Positions 28,318-38,233 of a stretch of 64,000 nucleotides of DNA are shown in pieces; the stretch's first letter is position 1; every line of letters starts with the position of its first letter. Under the pieces are notes generated by a model. The model made no database searches. It was not told the DNA's origin and worked only from the letters and a program-made list of their open reading frames with translations. Source of the stretch: Candidatus Zixiibacteriota bacterium (GTDB lineage Bacteria > Zixibacteria > MSB-5A5 > GN15 > JAAZOE01); assembly GCA_030668485.1 (NCBI GenBank), contig DAOUTW010000007.1:5060-69059 (forward strand). The letters are read 5' to 3'. A program made the translations under genes and the position numbers.

Positions 28318-30486
28318 ATGTATTTCAAGACCAGTTTAACGGTACCAGTACTCATCGCTCTGCATTTATGTTCGGTAGCGGTTCTGGCCCAGGCCCCTCA
28401 ATTCGTGTCCACCTCGCCGGAACAGAATGAATTGAATGTTTCGGCATCTTCCAATATCTCGGTTACTTTCGATATCGACATGGATGAAACGACGATCACA
28501 GGTTTGTCTTTTGTCGTCCACGCGGCGTATACCGGCTGGCATGAGGGCGCTATCAGCTACGACGCCGGTACCCGTACAGCGACACTCGATCCGAACAACA
28601 ATTTCCTTGACGGGGAGGTCATCACAGTAATACTCACAGATGATATTGCCTCATCCGGAGGGGCAACGCTTGAGGGTAGCCATATCTGGTCATTTACTAT
28701 CCTTATCAGTGGAGAAACCCCAGGTTTTATCCAATATAATTCTTCCTATGATGTTGATAGTGTAGCTCTTTCGGTTTACTCCGCTGATTTTGATAATGAT
28801 GGCGACCGTGATCTTGCCGTGGCTAATTCCGGCGCAAACAACATCTCGGTGTTAATGAACAATGGTGACGGGACCTTTGGTACTCAGACCAGCTATACCG
28901 TTGGTTCCCTACCCACGTCGGTATGCGCAGCCGATCTTAACAGAGATGGCGCCCTTGACCTAGTTTCAGCCAATGGTTTTTCTCATACGATTTCAGTATT
29001 GCTAAACAATGGGGACGGTTCCTTCACTCGTGATTCGGACTATGATATCGGCCACTTTCCGATTTCTGTCACAGCCGCAGATCTGGACGGCGACGGAGAC
29101 CTTGATCTGGCAACAGCCAACAACGTGACCAGCACAATGTCAGTCTTATTAAATGATGGAGAAGGATCTTTCGTTTGGCATCAGGAAATTCCGGTGGGCG
29201 TTAATCCCGGCTCGATCTCCCCGGGTGATTTTGACGGCGATGGAGACATTGACCTGGTTACGGCCAATTTGGGAAGCGACGATATATCCGTTTTGATGAA
29301 TTTTGGAAATGCTACATTTGCGTCCGAGGTGAGGTATCCAGTGGGTGATCGTACCCGGTGCCTTGTTACGGCCGACATCGACAATGACGGGGATATCGAT
29401 GCGATAGCGGCAAATTCTAATTCAAACGATGTATCGATTCTGCTGAATGACGGTAACGGGGTTTTTGTCACCGGCAATACATATAATATAGGTTCACGTC
29501 CACGATCTGTTTGTGCATCCGATCTGGATGGTGATGGCAGGCTCGATTTGATCGTTGCAAATCGGTATTCTCATAATTTGTCGATTATCAGAAATCTCGG
29601 TGGTGGGACTTTCGCAAACCACATGGATATTTACCTTGCAGGAGAACCCGCTTCAGCGTTCGCGGCAGATTTCGATAATGATGGCGACCTTGATCTGGTT
29701 GCATCATATTCCAATAGGGATAAGGTAGACATATTAATGAATCTTACCTGCGCAGATTCTGATGGCGACGGTTATGGAGATCCCGGTCATCCCGAAAACG
29801 AATGCCCCGATGACAATTGTCCATTGATAGCCAATACAGAGCAGACGGATACTGATAATGATGGTATTGGTGATGCGTGTGATGAGTGTACCGATACTGA
29901 TAGCGACGGGTACGGCAATCCCGGGTTTAATGCCAATACCTGCCAGATCGATAATTGTCCTGATATACCCAATCCGGATCAAACTGACAGTGATGGCGAT
30001 GAGCATGGTGACCTGTGCGACAACTGTCCTTTTGTCGACAATCCGACTCAGGAAGACATCGACAGAGATGGCGTTGGAGATGCATGCGATAAATGTACCG
30101 ATACTGATGGCGACGGATATGGAGACCCCGGCTACCCAACCGATACGTGTGAACTGGATAACTGCCCCGATGACTTTAATCCCGATCAGGCCGATTCGAA
30201 TGGGAATGATATGGGGGATGCCTGTGATCCCGTATGTGAATGCCGTCCCGGTGACTCCAACAGTGACGGTGGTGTTAATATCGGTGATGGGGTGTATATA
30301 ATTGGCTATGTATTCAAGGGGGGCCCAGCGCCAGAGCCATACGGGAACTGCAGCGGCGACGCCAATGGCGATTGCGAGACTAATATTGGAGATTGCGTTT
30401 ATGTCATCGCCTATGTATTTAGAGGCGGCCCGCCACCTAAATCATGTCATGAATGGATAGACGCATGCGGGTGGCCACTCCGTTAA
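28318..30486 (+). CDS. secreted FG-GAP repeat / thrombospondin-type-3 repeat protein with C-terminal dockerin-like module
   Basis: Signal peptide. More than 7 FG-GAP/VCBS-like repeats (DFDNDGDxDL..AN). TSP3 Ca-binding repeats (DSDGDGYGD..DNCP). The C-terminal double DxNxDGxxN loop lies at about 30235-30483. Confidence 0.8.
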   Translation: MYFKTSLTVPVLIALHLCSVAVLAQAPQFVSTSPEQNELNVSASSNISVTFDIDMDETTITGLSFVVHAAYTGWHEGAISYDAGTRTATLDPNNNFLDGEVITVILTDDIASSGGATLEGSHIWSFTILISGETPGFIQYNSSYDVDSVALSVYSADFDNDGDRDLAVANSGANNISVLMNNGDGTFGTQTSYTVGSLPTSVCAADLNRDGALDLVSANGFSHTISVLLNNGDGSFTRDSDYDIGHFPISVTAADLDGDGDLDLATANNVTSTMSVLLNDGEGSFVWHQEIPVGVNPGSISPGDFDGDGDIDLVTANLGSDDISVLMNFGNATFASEVRYPVGDRTRCLVTADIDNDGDIDAIAANSNSNDVSILLNDGNGVFVTGNTYNIGSRPRSVCASDLDGDGRLDLIVANRYSHNLSIIRNLGGGTFANHMDIYLAGEPASAFAADFDNDGDLDLVASYSNRDKVDILMNLTCADSDGDGYGDPGHPENECPDDNCPLIANTEQTDTDNDGIGDACDECTDTDSDGYGNPGFNANTCQIDNCPDIPNPDQTDSDGDEHGDLCDNCPFVDNPTQEDIDRDGVGDACDKCTDTDGDGYGDPGYPTDTCELDNCPDDFNPDQADSNGNDMGDACDPVCECRPGDSNSDGGVNIGDGVYIIGYVFKGGPAPEPYGNCSGDANGDCETNIGDCVYVIAYVFRGGPPPKSCHEWIDACGWPLR

Positions 30487-30512
30487 TTGACTGATTGTAC
30501 TAAGAGTTTATT

Positions 30513-30549
30513 CCGCCCGCCTTGTGGCCTGAAGGCGGGCGTTTTCTTT
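30513..30549 (+). terminator. Rho-independent terminator
   Basis: Stem CCGCCCGCC/GGCGGGCG followed by TTTTCTTT. Confidence 0.6.
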
Positions 30550-30632
30550 ACTGCTGAAAATATGGTTTGCCCGGGCACCGGGTTCGGAGAACCGGCCTTT
30601 TCGACCACCGCGTGATTTACCGGCCGGGTCAT

Positions 30633-31202
30633 TTACTCCCGGTAATTGACCTTGGAGAAAACCACGCCGTCATCCTCAAGAGCGGCCCAGAAGGTGCGCA
30701 CCTTAACTCCGGAAAAATCTTTCAGAATGGTCAGAGCGGCCGACTGCAAATCCAGCTTCCCTTTAAGAGGAAGCTGGATTTTTGTATGGTAACCTTTCAT
30801 TTTATCATACCAGTGACAATCCTCATGATTGATAATTATCACCTGGTTGATATCGCCGTCTTTGATCGCAAACTTGATCTGCTCCCATAGAATTTTGAAA
30901 TTTTTGGGCAAGAAGCTCTGAAGGCCAAAAGCATGCACCCCGCCGCCGATGATGATTGGTGTATAGCTGGAAAGACCGAGTTCCTCGGTGATAAAGCGGC
31001 GGAAAGCGGACTGGAATCGAGGATCACCGCAATGGATGACCACCGCCTGCGGCTTTCGGGTGATGAGACCGTAGATCTTTTTCCCATCAGTTCGTAACGG
31101 CACCGCTTTGACATCGATAACTTCATCATCGATGTTGCTGCCCTGTGCCATAACTGCAATGGCAGGGTGAATCTCTTCCGATATATTTTTCTCATCGCTC
31201 AT
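30633..31202 (-). CDS. hypothetical protein with possible beta-carbonic-anhydrase-like motifs
   Basis: HCGDPR (compare CxDxR) and HEDCH (compare HxxC). First gene downstream of the floT-nfeD pair. The assignment is weak. Confidence 0.45.
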   Translation of the reverse strand: MSDEKNISEEIHPAIAVMAQGSNIDDEVIDVKAVPLRTDGKKIYGLITRKPQAVVIHCGDPRFQSAFRRFITEELGLSSYTPIIIGGGVHAFGLQSFLPKNFKILWEQIKFAIKDGDINQVIIINHEDCHWYDKMKGYHTKIQLPLKGKLDLQSAALTILKDFSGVKVRTFWAALEDDGVVFSKVNYRE

Positions 31203-31208
31203 GACAGA

Positions 31209-32792
31209 TTAGCCTGTCTCCGGTGTCGATTCGCCGGCTGCTGAAGCGGTTTCTCCATCCGGTTTGATACCCAGCTTACCCATCAGACCGGTGACATCGA
31301 TTCCGGCCGCTTTGGCCTGTTCGATCAGTTGAAACAGCATCAATGGGCCGGTTTGAGTAAAGCGGTTGAGAGCACCTTTATTGTCACCGTCGCCGCCGCT
31401 GTCGACTACAACCAGCTTATCGATATTGCCCATCGGCGCCGCGATCGATCCGAAGACCGTACCAAGCGATTCGATAGCCTGCGGCAGAACCTTGAGAACC
31501 TCGAGAGTTATCGCCGCCTCGTTGAACTGCTGATAAGCTTTTGCAAGTTCTGAAATCGATATCGCCCTGGCCAGTCCCTGCTTCTCGATAACATCGGCAT
31601 CCGCCAAACCGGTTGCCCTGGCAGCCGAGGCCTGTCCGTCACCTTCCACCGAAAGTTTATGTTGGGAAGCGTCGGCTCGGGCAATGGTTGCGTATTTGTC
31701 ACCGTCTGCCCGGGCGGTTTCGGCCTGTTTATAACCTTCAGCTTCTCTGACCTGGGCGTCGGCTTTGGCTTTGGCCGGAACAACGATCATAGCTTCCTGA
31801 GATTTTTGTTCACGAAGAATGTTTTGTTGCTCGACCGCAATTTGCGAACGTGAGCGCTCCTCGTCAATTTTGACTTCGGCCACGATTACTTTTTGCCTTT
31901 CACCGGCGGTTGACAGCGGACCGGCCTGTTCGGTTACTGCCGTCTCGCGGGCGATTTCGGCCTGATAAGTTTGCTTGGCCACCTTGGTATTTTTCTGGGC
32001 CTCGGCCTCTAATTTTTCGTTTTGCTGAGCGACAACCTCGGCCGCTCGTTCGGCGTCGGAAGACTTTTTCTTGGCTTCGGACAGAGCTTCGGCCTGACCG
32101 ATGGCGGCGTCACGCTGGACTTCGGCGGTACGCTTTTTACCAAGAGCTTCGATATATCCCTGCTGATCGGTGATTGACTGCGGGTTGAAAACGTCGATCT
32201 GCATTCCCAAACGGGAGAGATCCTCGGCAGCCTCCCCAAGTACCTGCTGGCGGAAGGCATCGCGATCCTTAATAAGCTGATCGACGGTTAGTGTACCCAC
32301 CACGCCACGAAGGTTGGCCTCCAGAGTTTCACGAGCCACACTCTGCACCTGATCCGAGCCCATTCCCAAAAATCGTGAGCCGGCCGCAAGAAGCGACTGG
32401 GCATCATCCTTGAAGCGGATATTGGCGACGGCTTCGACCGTCACCAGGACGCCATCGGTATTGGGCATGTTTTCAACTCTGATCTGGGGCAGAGAAATTT
32501 CGGTGAGGTCGAGAAACTGAACCTCTTCGATAATAGGCTTGCGAATACGTCCACCGCCGGTGACTACCACAGTTCCGGGTGGAAGCATTGTTACCGATGG
32601 GACCCCCGGTTCTGTGGAGGTTATAACTTTTTTGAGGCCTTTTTTACCGCTTCTGGCGCCATAAAAGAAAGCGGCTTTGTTGGGGGGAACTCTGATATAA
32701 AATGCCGAGAGCGCCTTCACAAGAGCAAAGAAGGCTATGACAATTGCTAGCCCGATAACGGGCCATGTCAGGTATCCCAGTGATTCAGCCAT
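31209..32792 (-). CDS. floT: flotillin-like SPFH/band-7 protein
   Basis: N-terminal TM, SPFH domain, and a long EA-rich coiled coil. 527 aa. Confidence 0.85.
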   Translation of the reverse strand: MAESLGYLTWPVIGLAIVIAFFALVKALSAFYIRVPPNKAAFFYGARSGKKGLKKVITSTEPGVPSVTMLPPGTVVVTGGGRIRKPIIEEVQFLDLTEISLPQIRVENMPNTDGVLVTVEAVANIRFKDDAQSLLAAGSRFLGMGSDQVQSVARETLEANLRGVVGTLTVDQLIKDRDAFRQQVLGEAAEDLSRLGMQIDVFNPQSITDQQGYIEALGKKRTAEVQRDAAIGQAEALSEAKKKSSDAERAAEVVAQQNEKLEAEAQKNTKVAKQTYQAEIARETAVTEQAGPLSTAGERQKVIVAEVKIDEERSRSQIAVEQQNILREQKSQEAMIVVPAKAKADAQVREAEGYKQAETARADGDKYATIARADASQHKLSVEGDGQASAARATGLADADVIEKQGLARAISISELAKAYQQFNEAAITLEVLKVLPQAIESLGTVFGSIAAPMGNIDKLVVVDSGGDGDNKGALNRFTQTGPLMLFQLIEQAKAAGIDVTGLMGKLGIKPDGETASAAGESTPETG

Positions 32793-32820
32793 AATTTATA
32801 CCCCTCCGTTGGGTGTTGTG

Positions 32821-33348
32821 TTATTTTCCGATTGGTTTAACGATGACGACACTTCCCGTTTTTTCGATTATGCGAACGGAAATGCCGCGGTTTATAGTTG
32901 AGCCATCGACCGACCGGGCCAGGTATGTTATTTCCCGTCCCCGGATGATGCAGGCCACCTGCCCATTCTGATTTTCACTCATGGTATCAATGACGTTGGC
33001 AGTCTGGCCGATTATATCCTGCTCCGATATGGTTGAACTTGTCTGGCTGGAATAAAACATTCTGATAATCAGATAACCGAGGGCGCCAATGGCAACAGCG
33101 CCGCCGATTCCTGCCATCGACGACTGAAACATAGACATTTCGGTCGTAGCCCTGAATCCAAATCCGACAGCGCCGAATCCGACCAGCAACAATGAAATAA
33201 TTCTCATGCTGAAGACACTCGGACCATGGCCGCCGTCAATATCATCGCCGACATCGGCGTCGGCGTCAGCGTCGGCATCCCCTCCGAAAATCAAATTTAT
33301 AATCAGAATCGCGAATCCTACACCGAAAATGGTCGCAAAGATTAGCAT
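32821..33348 (-). CDS. nfeD: NfeD-like membrane protein (OB-fold C-terminus)
   Basis: TM helices plus a C-terminal OB domain. Canonical partner upstream of flotillin. Confidence 0.7.
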   Translation of the reverse strand: MLIFATIFGVGFAILIINLIFGGDADADADADVGDDIDGGHGPSVFSMRIISLLLVGFGAVGFGFRATTEMSMFQSSMAGIGGAVAIGALGYLIIRMFYSSQTSSTISEQDIIGQTANVIDTMSENQNGQVACIIRGREITYLARSVDGSTINRGISVRIIEKTGSVVIVKPIGK

Positions 33349-33472
33349 CGGTTGGTCCTCCTTAGTGCCGCCTGATCAATAGGCTATTGGATATACCGGT
33401 ATTATGATAGATTATTCAAATGCCGGTGTCGAATACTTTTTTATGAGAAAATCGAAACAGAGAAATCCCGAT

Positions 33473-35161
33473 TCAGTCTTTTTTGGCCAATTCCCTCGGT
33501 TCGACCAGGATTGTTTTTTCATGCTGGATGGTCACCAGCCCCGGTTTGGCGCCGCGCGGCTTGCGCACATATTTCTTAAGCGTATAGCTAACCGGCACCT
33601 TGGCCGATTTGCGAGCTTTGCTGTAATAGGCCGCCAGCGCGGCTGTCTCCTCGATTTCCCATTTGGACGGCTCGAAATTTTTATTGGGATATTTCATGAC
33701 GACATGAGATCCCGGACATTGTGAGGCATGAAACCACAACTCAAACGGTTTGGCATAATCCAGGGTGAGGCGGTCGTTGTCGGCTTCGGTCTTGCCGACC
33801 AGAAGAGTTACACCAGTAGAGGTTTGATACTCCTTGTATGGTAGTCGGAGGGGGGCCACCGCCGTAGGTCCGCCGGTCGGGGAAGGCAGCAACTCGGGAA
33901 ACTCGTTTTGAGCAGTTTCAAAGTTGTTTTCGAAAGATTGCAAAGCCTCATTGAGAGACTCCAACTCCTGTTGAGTATTCTCTTTTCGCCTTTGAAGCAA
34001 AGCCAGTCCGTCTTTTCCCTTGCGATATCGTTTGGAATAGAGTTCGATATTTTCCGGGCCGGTCAGTTTCGGATCGAGGGGAATGGTAGTTTTCTCACCC
34101 GCCCCGAAAAGATCGTCGACTTCAATTTCGGACAGGCCGCGCTTTAGTTGTCCCAGACTGATCTTGAGAAGATCGGAATATTTCAGATACTTTTCATATC
34201 CTGTCGCCTCTTCAATATCGCTATCGAGGCGGGCCAGCAGACGCCTTGTCTTTTTTATGCGAGCCTGAATATGCTTCAATGTCCGGTCGCGCAACGATTC
34301 GGTTTCTGTCACCTCTTTGACGCCCGCCAGAACATCATTCTGGGCGCGCGATAATGATTTGTATTTTCCCAATGGCTCATAATCGGTAATTTTGATCGGG
34401 AAGTAACGGCTTTTTCCCTTGATGAAATAGGCATAGACCGAGCCGTCGGGGGAATTATAGGAGGCTATCACCTGATGCAAACGGCGGCGTAGCTTTTCAG
34501 CATAATCCTCGCCGTTGATATCATCATCAGGCAGAAGCGTCTGCGCCAGGTAATAGTCGATACCATAAATAGTCTTTTCCAGCAGCCGGGCCGGGTTGGC
34601 ATCGGGATGATCGGCAAATAATTGTTGAAGATTTTCAGATGTGACTTCGGCTGGATCAAGCTTTTCGGGCAGAGAGGGTGGGTCGTATGGCTGCGAGTCG
34701 GTAAATTGTTTTTGCCGCAACGACGCCGTCATCCTGCGATCGCCGTCCAGAAGCCATAAATTGGCATTGGGGCCGAGGATTTCGAATACCAGGTACCAGC
34801 GCTTATCGCCGCCGGAGATTTGTATCTCGACAATCCGGTCGTTGGGAAGCTGCCGGATCGCGTCGATGCTGCCGTCCCAAACCTCTTTGGCGAAGGGACG
34901 ATACTTCTCCGTTGTATCCAGCCGCGAACGGCCCGGACTCAGTACATAAAAGCCGCTTCGCTGCGGGTGAAAGGAGAGGGTCACGCAATACCGCTTATCT
35001 TTTTTTAGGTACAGTTGTACCGCCCGTTCCTTGCGATAATACTCAACGCCGGTTATATTGCCCTCGATAAGCACAGGCGATGACTCGGCCAGAATTCTGG
35101 TTATGTCGAGCGATGACAGCATGGCGCCAATATATGAAAAGTAATGTCGCCGAAGTAACAA
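33473..35161 (-). CDS. rqcH: NFACT-family ribosome quality-control protein (RqcH/FbpA-like)
   Basis: NFACT-N, coiled-coil and NFACT-R (ELWFHASQCPGSHVVM) domains. The true start may be at the internal MLSSL Met (35122). Confidence 0.8.
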   Translation of the reverse strand: MLLRRHYFSYIGAMLSSLDITRILAESSPVLIEGNITGVEYYRKERAVQLYLKKDKRYCVTLSFHPQRSGFYVLSPGRSRLDTTEKYRPFAKEVWDGSIDAIRQLPNDRIVEIQISGGDKRWYLVFEILGPNANLWLLDGDRRMTASLRQKQFTDSQPYDPPSLPEKLDPAEVTSENLQQLFADHPDANPARLLEKTIYGIDYYLAQTLLPDDDINGEDYAEKLRRRLHQVIASYNSPDGSVYAYFIKGKSRYFPIKITDYEPLGKYKSLSRAQNDVLAGVKEVTETESLRDRTLKHIQARIKKTRRLLARLDSDIEEATGYEKYLKYSDLLKISLGQLKRGLSEIEVDDLFGAGEKTTIPLDPKLTGPENIELYSKRYRKGKDGLALLQRRKENTQQELESLNEALQSFENNFETAQNEFPELLPSPTGGPTAVAPLRLPYKEYQTSTGVTLLVGKTEADNDRLTLDYAKPFELWFHASQCPGSHVVMKYPNKNFEPSKWEIEETAALAAYYSKARKSAKVPVSYTLKKYVRKPRGAKPGLVTIQHEKTILVEPRELAKKD

Positions 35162-35202
35162 AAATATGGGGGGGCGAGGCCCCTTTATGAAAGAGATGCT
35201 CC

Positions 35203-36246
35203 ATGTTGAATAAAAAAACCATATTTACCGGGCTGGTTCTTCTAATCTTGCTATCCCTGACTGGATTGGCCCTGGGTAAGGACAAACCGAGACGGACGAT
35301 CAAGGTCAAGCTGGTTGCCGACCAGCACTATGCTCGTTATGAACAATGGCAGCGCAAAGCGGCCCGGATGCTTCTGGATATCGCTGAGGAAGTGACCCGG
35401 AACTTGCAGATCGATTTTCAAATAGTAGGTTATGAAGAATGGAAACATGACCCGGAAGAAAACCTGTATAATCTGACTTCGGAGATGATCCGCGAGGTGG
35501 ATATCGATAGCGCCGATGCCTTGATCGGTTTCACTTATGGAACGTGCCCAGATGAAAACGTTCGGGCGCATACCGACGGTGTAACAATTCCATACCGGGG
35601 TATGATTATTAAGACTTATCCTGCCCGTTGCCGGCGCAATCTATATATTCCTTATGTGATGATTCATGAAATGGTTCATCTTATGGGGGGAGTACATGTC
35701 CGGGAACGCTCCCTGATGACGCCGGTCTTTACCGACACGGTTAGCCTGACCATCGACCGCCTAAATCAGAACATTCTGCGTCATACCCGGGATATCGATT
35801 TTCGGCAGGGTTATCGATCACTTTCGCGTGGATCGCTACGGAAGCTGGCGCAGAATTATCAATTGGCAATAAGTCAGGGCAATAATGAGTTACTGACACA
35901 CCATGAGCTGGGAAAAATGTTTATGGCGATGGGTAATTATGCCGATGCTATTTCAGTGCTGCAATCGATTGTCAACTTCGACTCTACCTATACCGATGCC
36001 TGGATAAATTTGTCCACCTGCTACTCCGAATTGGGAAGATCGGATCGAGCCATAGAGTTACTCAAGGGCGCCGTCGCTACGGCCGACCAGCGCGGTTTGA
36101 TTCATCATCGCTTGATGGAATTATATTTAACGATCGGCGATTCGGTCAATGCCCGTCAGGAAGCGACAAGATCCCAAAAACAGGGGATAGTCGTCGATTC
36201 GGTTCTTCTTAAAAGGCTTCAATTGCCAGGGGAAGATGATAATTAG
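35203..36246 (+). CDS. secreted metzincin-like zinc peptidase with C-terminal TPR repeats
   Basis: Signal peptide. Exact HExxHxxGxxH ([11 protein letters not shown]). TPR repeats at the C-terminus. Confidence 0.6.
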   Translation: MLNKKTIFTGLVLLILLSLTGLALGKDKPRRTIKVKLVADQHYARYEQWQRKAARMLLDIAEEVTRNLQIDFQIVGYEEWKHDPEENLYNLTSEMIREVDIDSADALIGFTYGTCPDENVRAHTDGVTIPYRGMIIKTYPARCRRNLYIPYVMIHEMVHLMGGVHVRERSLMTPVFTDTVSLTIDRLNQNILRHTRDIDFRQGYRSLSRGSLRKLAQNYQLAISQGNNELLTHHELGKMFMAMGNYADAISVLQSIVNFDSTYTDAWINLSTCYSELGRSDRAIELLKGAVATADQRGLIHHRLMELYLTIGDSVNARQEATRSQKQGIVVDSVLLKRLQLPGEDDN

Positions 36247-38045
36247 GTGCGCTCAAGCTTGAGGGCGGCCAGGAAGGCCTCCTGCGGAATTTCCACCGTA
36301 CCGATCTGCTTCATCCGTTTCTTGCCCTCTTTTTGTCTCTCCAGCAGCTTCCTTTTGCGCGTGATATCGCCGCCATAACATTTGGCGGTAACATTTTTGC
36401 GCAAGGCACGGACCACCGAACGGGAAATAATTTTATTGCCGATCGTTGCCTGGATAACAACCTCGAACATCTGCCGGGGAATAAGCGTTTGCAGTTTCTC
36501 GCACAGGGCTCGGCCGTAATAGAAGGCCTTGTCCTTGTGGAGGATCACCGACAGGGCATCGACCGGATCGGAATTAACCAGAATGTCGAGTTTGACCAGT
36601 TTGGCTGGAACATAATGAGGTATTGAGTAATCAAAAGAAGCATATCCCCGCGTGACCGATTTGAGCTTGTCATGAAAATCGAAAATCACTTCCGCCAAAG
36701 GAAAGGAAAATGACAGGTTGGCGCGGGTGGTGCTTAGATATTCGGTGTTTTTGTACTGTCCTCGACGGTCGCCGGCCAGTTTCATGATATTGCCGATATA
36801 TTCGGGAGGGGTGATGATCTGGCTGTCGACCACTGGTTCCTCAACCCGTTCGATATCACCCGGGGCCGGAAGCTGTGACGGCGAATCAACCCGTTTCTTT
36901 TCGCCGCTTTCGGAGTAGACGTGATATTCGACATTAGGGACGGTGTTGATGATGTATTGATTATATTCGCGAGCCAATCGTTCGGTGATGATTTCCATAT
37001 GAAGCAGGCCGAGAAAGCCACATCGGAAACCAAATCCAAGCGCTACGGAAGTCTCGGGGACAAAATCAAGTGAAGCATCGTTTAGCTTCAGTTTTTCCAG
37101 GGCGTCGCGCAACTGGGTATAATCCTCGGCCACCGCCGGGTAAATTCCGGCAAAAACCATCGGTTTGATTTCCACAAATCCCGGGAGCGGTTTGTCGGCC
37201 GGGCGAACGGCATCGGTAATAGTGTCGCCGACCTTGGCGTCACCGACATGTTTGATCGCGGCAAAGATATATCCGACCTGCCCGGTTTCCAGTATAGCGG
37301 TCGGAAAATATTTTAACCTCCGAAAGCCAACCTCGTCTACTTCGAATTCTTTGCCGTGCGATCTGAATTTTATGGTCATCCCTTTGCGGATGGAACCATC
37401 GACCACTCTGATATATGCAGCGGTGCCTTTATAGGGATCATAGGTCGAATCGAATATCATAGCTCGCAGAGGGGCGTCCACAGCGCCGCGGGGCGGCGGG
37501 ATCTGCCTGACAATCGTTTCCAGAAGATCATGGATACCGATTCCCTGCTTGGCCGAGCAGAATATAATTTCCTCTCTTTTGCATCCCAAAAGATCGATGA
37601 TTTCTTTGGCAACCTCGTCGGTGCGGGCAACCGGTAAATCTATTTTGTTGATCACAGGAATGATCTGAAGATCGTTCTCGATGGCAAGGTACAAATTGGA
37701 AACGGTCTGAGCCTCGATTCCCTGTGAAGCGTCGACAACCAATAGAGCCCCCTCGCAGGCCGACAGCGACCGGGAAACCTCGTAGGTGAAATCGACATGG
37801 CCGGGAGTATCGATCAGATTAAGATTATAAACTTCTCCATCGTCGGCCCGATAGTCGAAACGGATAGCGTGAGATTTGATGGTAATTCCGCGCTCACGTT
37901 CAAGGTCCATATCGTCCAGAGTCTGGTTTTTCATCTGGCGCTCATGCAGCGCCCGGGTCGATTCCAGCAGACGGTCGGCCAGGGTTGATTTACCGTGGTC
38001 GATATGGGCGATTATGCAAAAATTTCTGATCTGTTTCTGGCTCAT
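36243..38045 (-). CDS. lepA: translation elongation factor 4 (LepA)
   Basis: [20 protein letters not shown]-motifs. LepA C-terminal domain. 600 aa. Confidence 0.95.
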   Translation of the reverse strand: MSQKQIRNFCIIAHIDHGKSTLADRLLESTRALHERQMKNQTLDDMDLERERGITIKSHAIRFDYRADDGEVYNLNLIDTPGHVDFTYEVSRSLSACEGALLVVDASQGIEAQTVSNLYLAIENDLQIIPVINKIDLPVARTDEVAKEIIDLLGCKREEIIFCSAKQGIGIHDLLETIVRQIPPPRGAVDAPLRAMIFDSTYDPYKGTAAYIRVVDGSIRKGMTIKFRSHGKEFEVDEVGFRRLKYFPTAILETGQVGYIFAAIKHVGDAKVGDTITDAVRPADKPLPGFVEIKPMVFAGIYPAVAEDYTQLRDALEKLKLNDASLDFVPETSVALGFGFRCGFLGLLHMEIITERLAREYNQYIINTVPNVEYHVYSESGEKKRVDSPSQLPAPGDIERVEEPVVDSQIITPPEYIGNIMKLAGDRRGQYKNTEYLSTTRANLSFSFPLAEVIFDFHDKLKSVTRGYASFDYSIPHYVPAKLVKLDILVNSDPVDALSVILHKDKAFYYGRALCEKLQTLIPRQMFEVVIQATIGNKIISRSVVRALRKNVTAKCYGGDITRKRKLLERQKEGKKRMKQIGTVEIPQEAFLAALKLERT

Positions 38046-38172
38046 ATCTCAATCACTTACAAGTTACCCGCCTATATTACGGGAGCGCCAATATATCTAA
38101 AAAGAAGGGCGCTGTCAAAGCCAATGTAATAGATGAACACCAAATATCGGCCGAAGGTTCTCCTCAGGGCAT

Positions 38173-38205
38173 AAAAAAACCTGCCCGCCGGTTAGGGCGG
38201 GCAGG
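38173..38205 (-). terminator. Rho-independent terminator for the 38234-41437 gene
   Basis: 10-bp stem CCTGCCCGCC/GGCGGGCAGG followed by T7 on the minus strand. Confidence 0.65.
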
Positions 38206-38233
38206 AAAGGTTATAAAAACCTGAAATTAGATA

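Noticed and set aside
30235-30483. T9SS (Por) C-terminal sorting domain as the identity of the shared C-terminal module
   Set aside because: The module is about 65 aa with two DxNxDGxxN EF-hand-like loops and helix-forming DAVYxIxYIF segments. That fits dockerin, not the approx. 80-aa beta-sandwich CTD. No T9SS genes are in the window.
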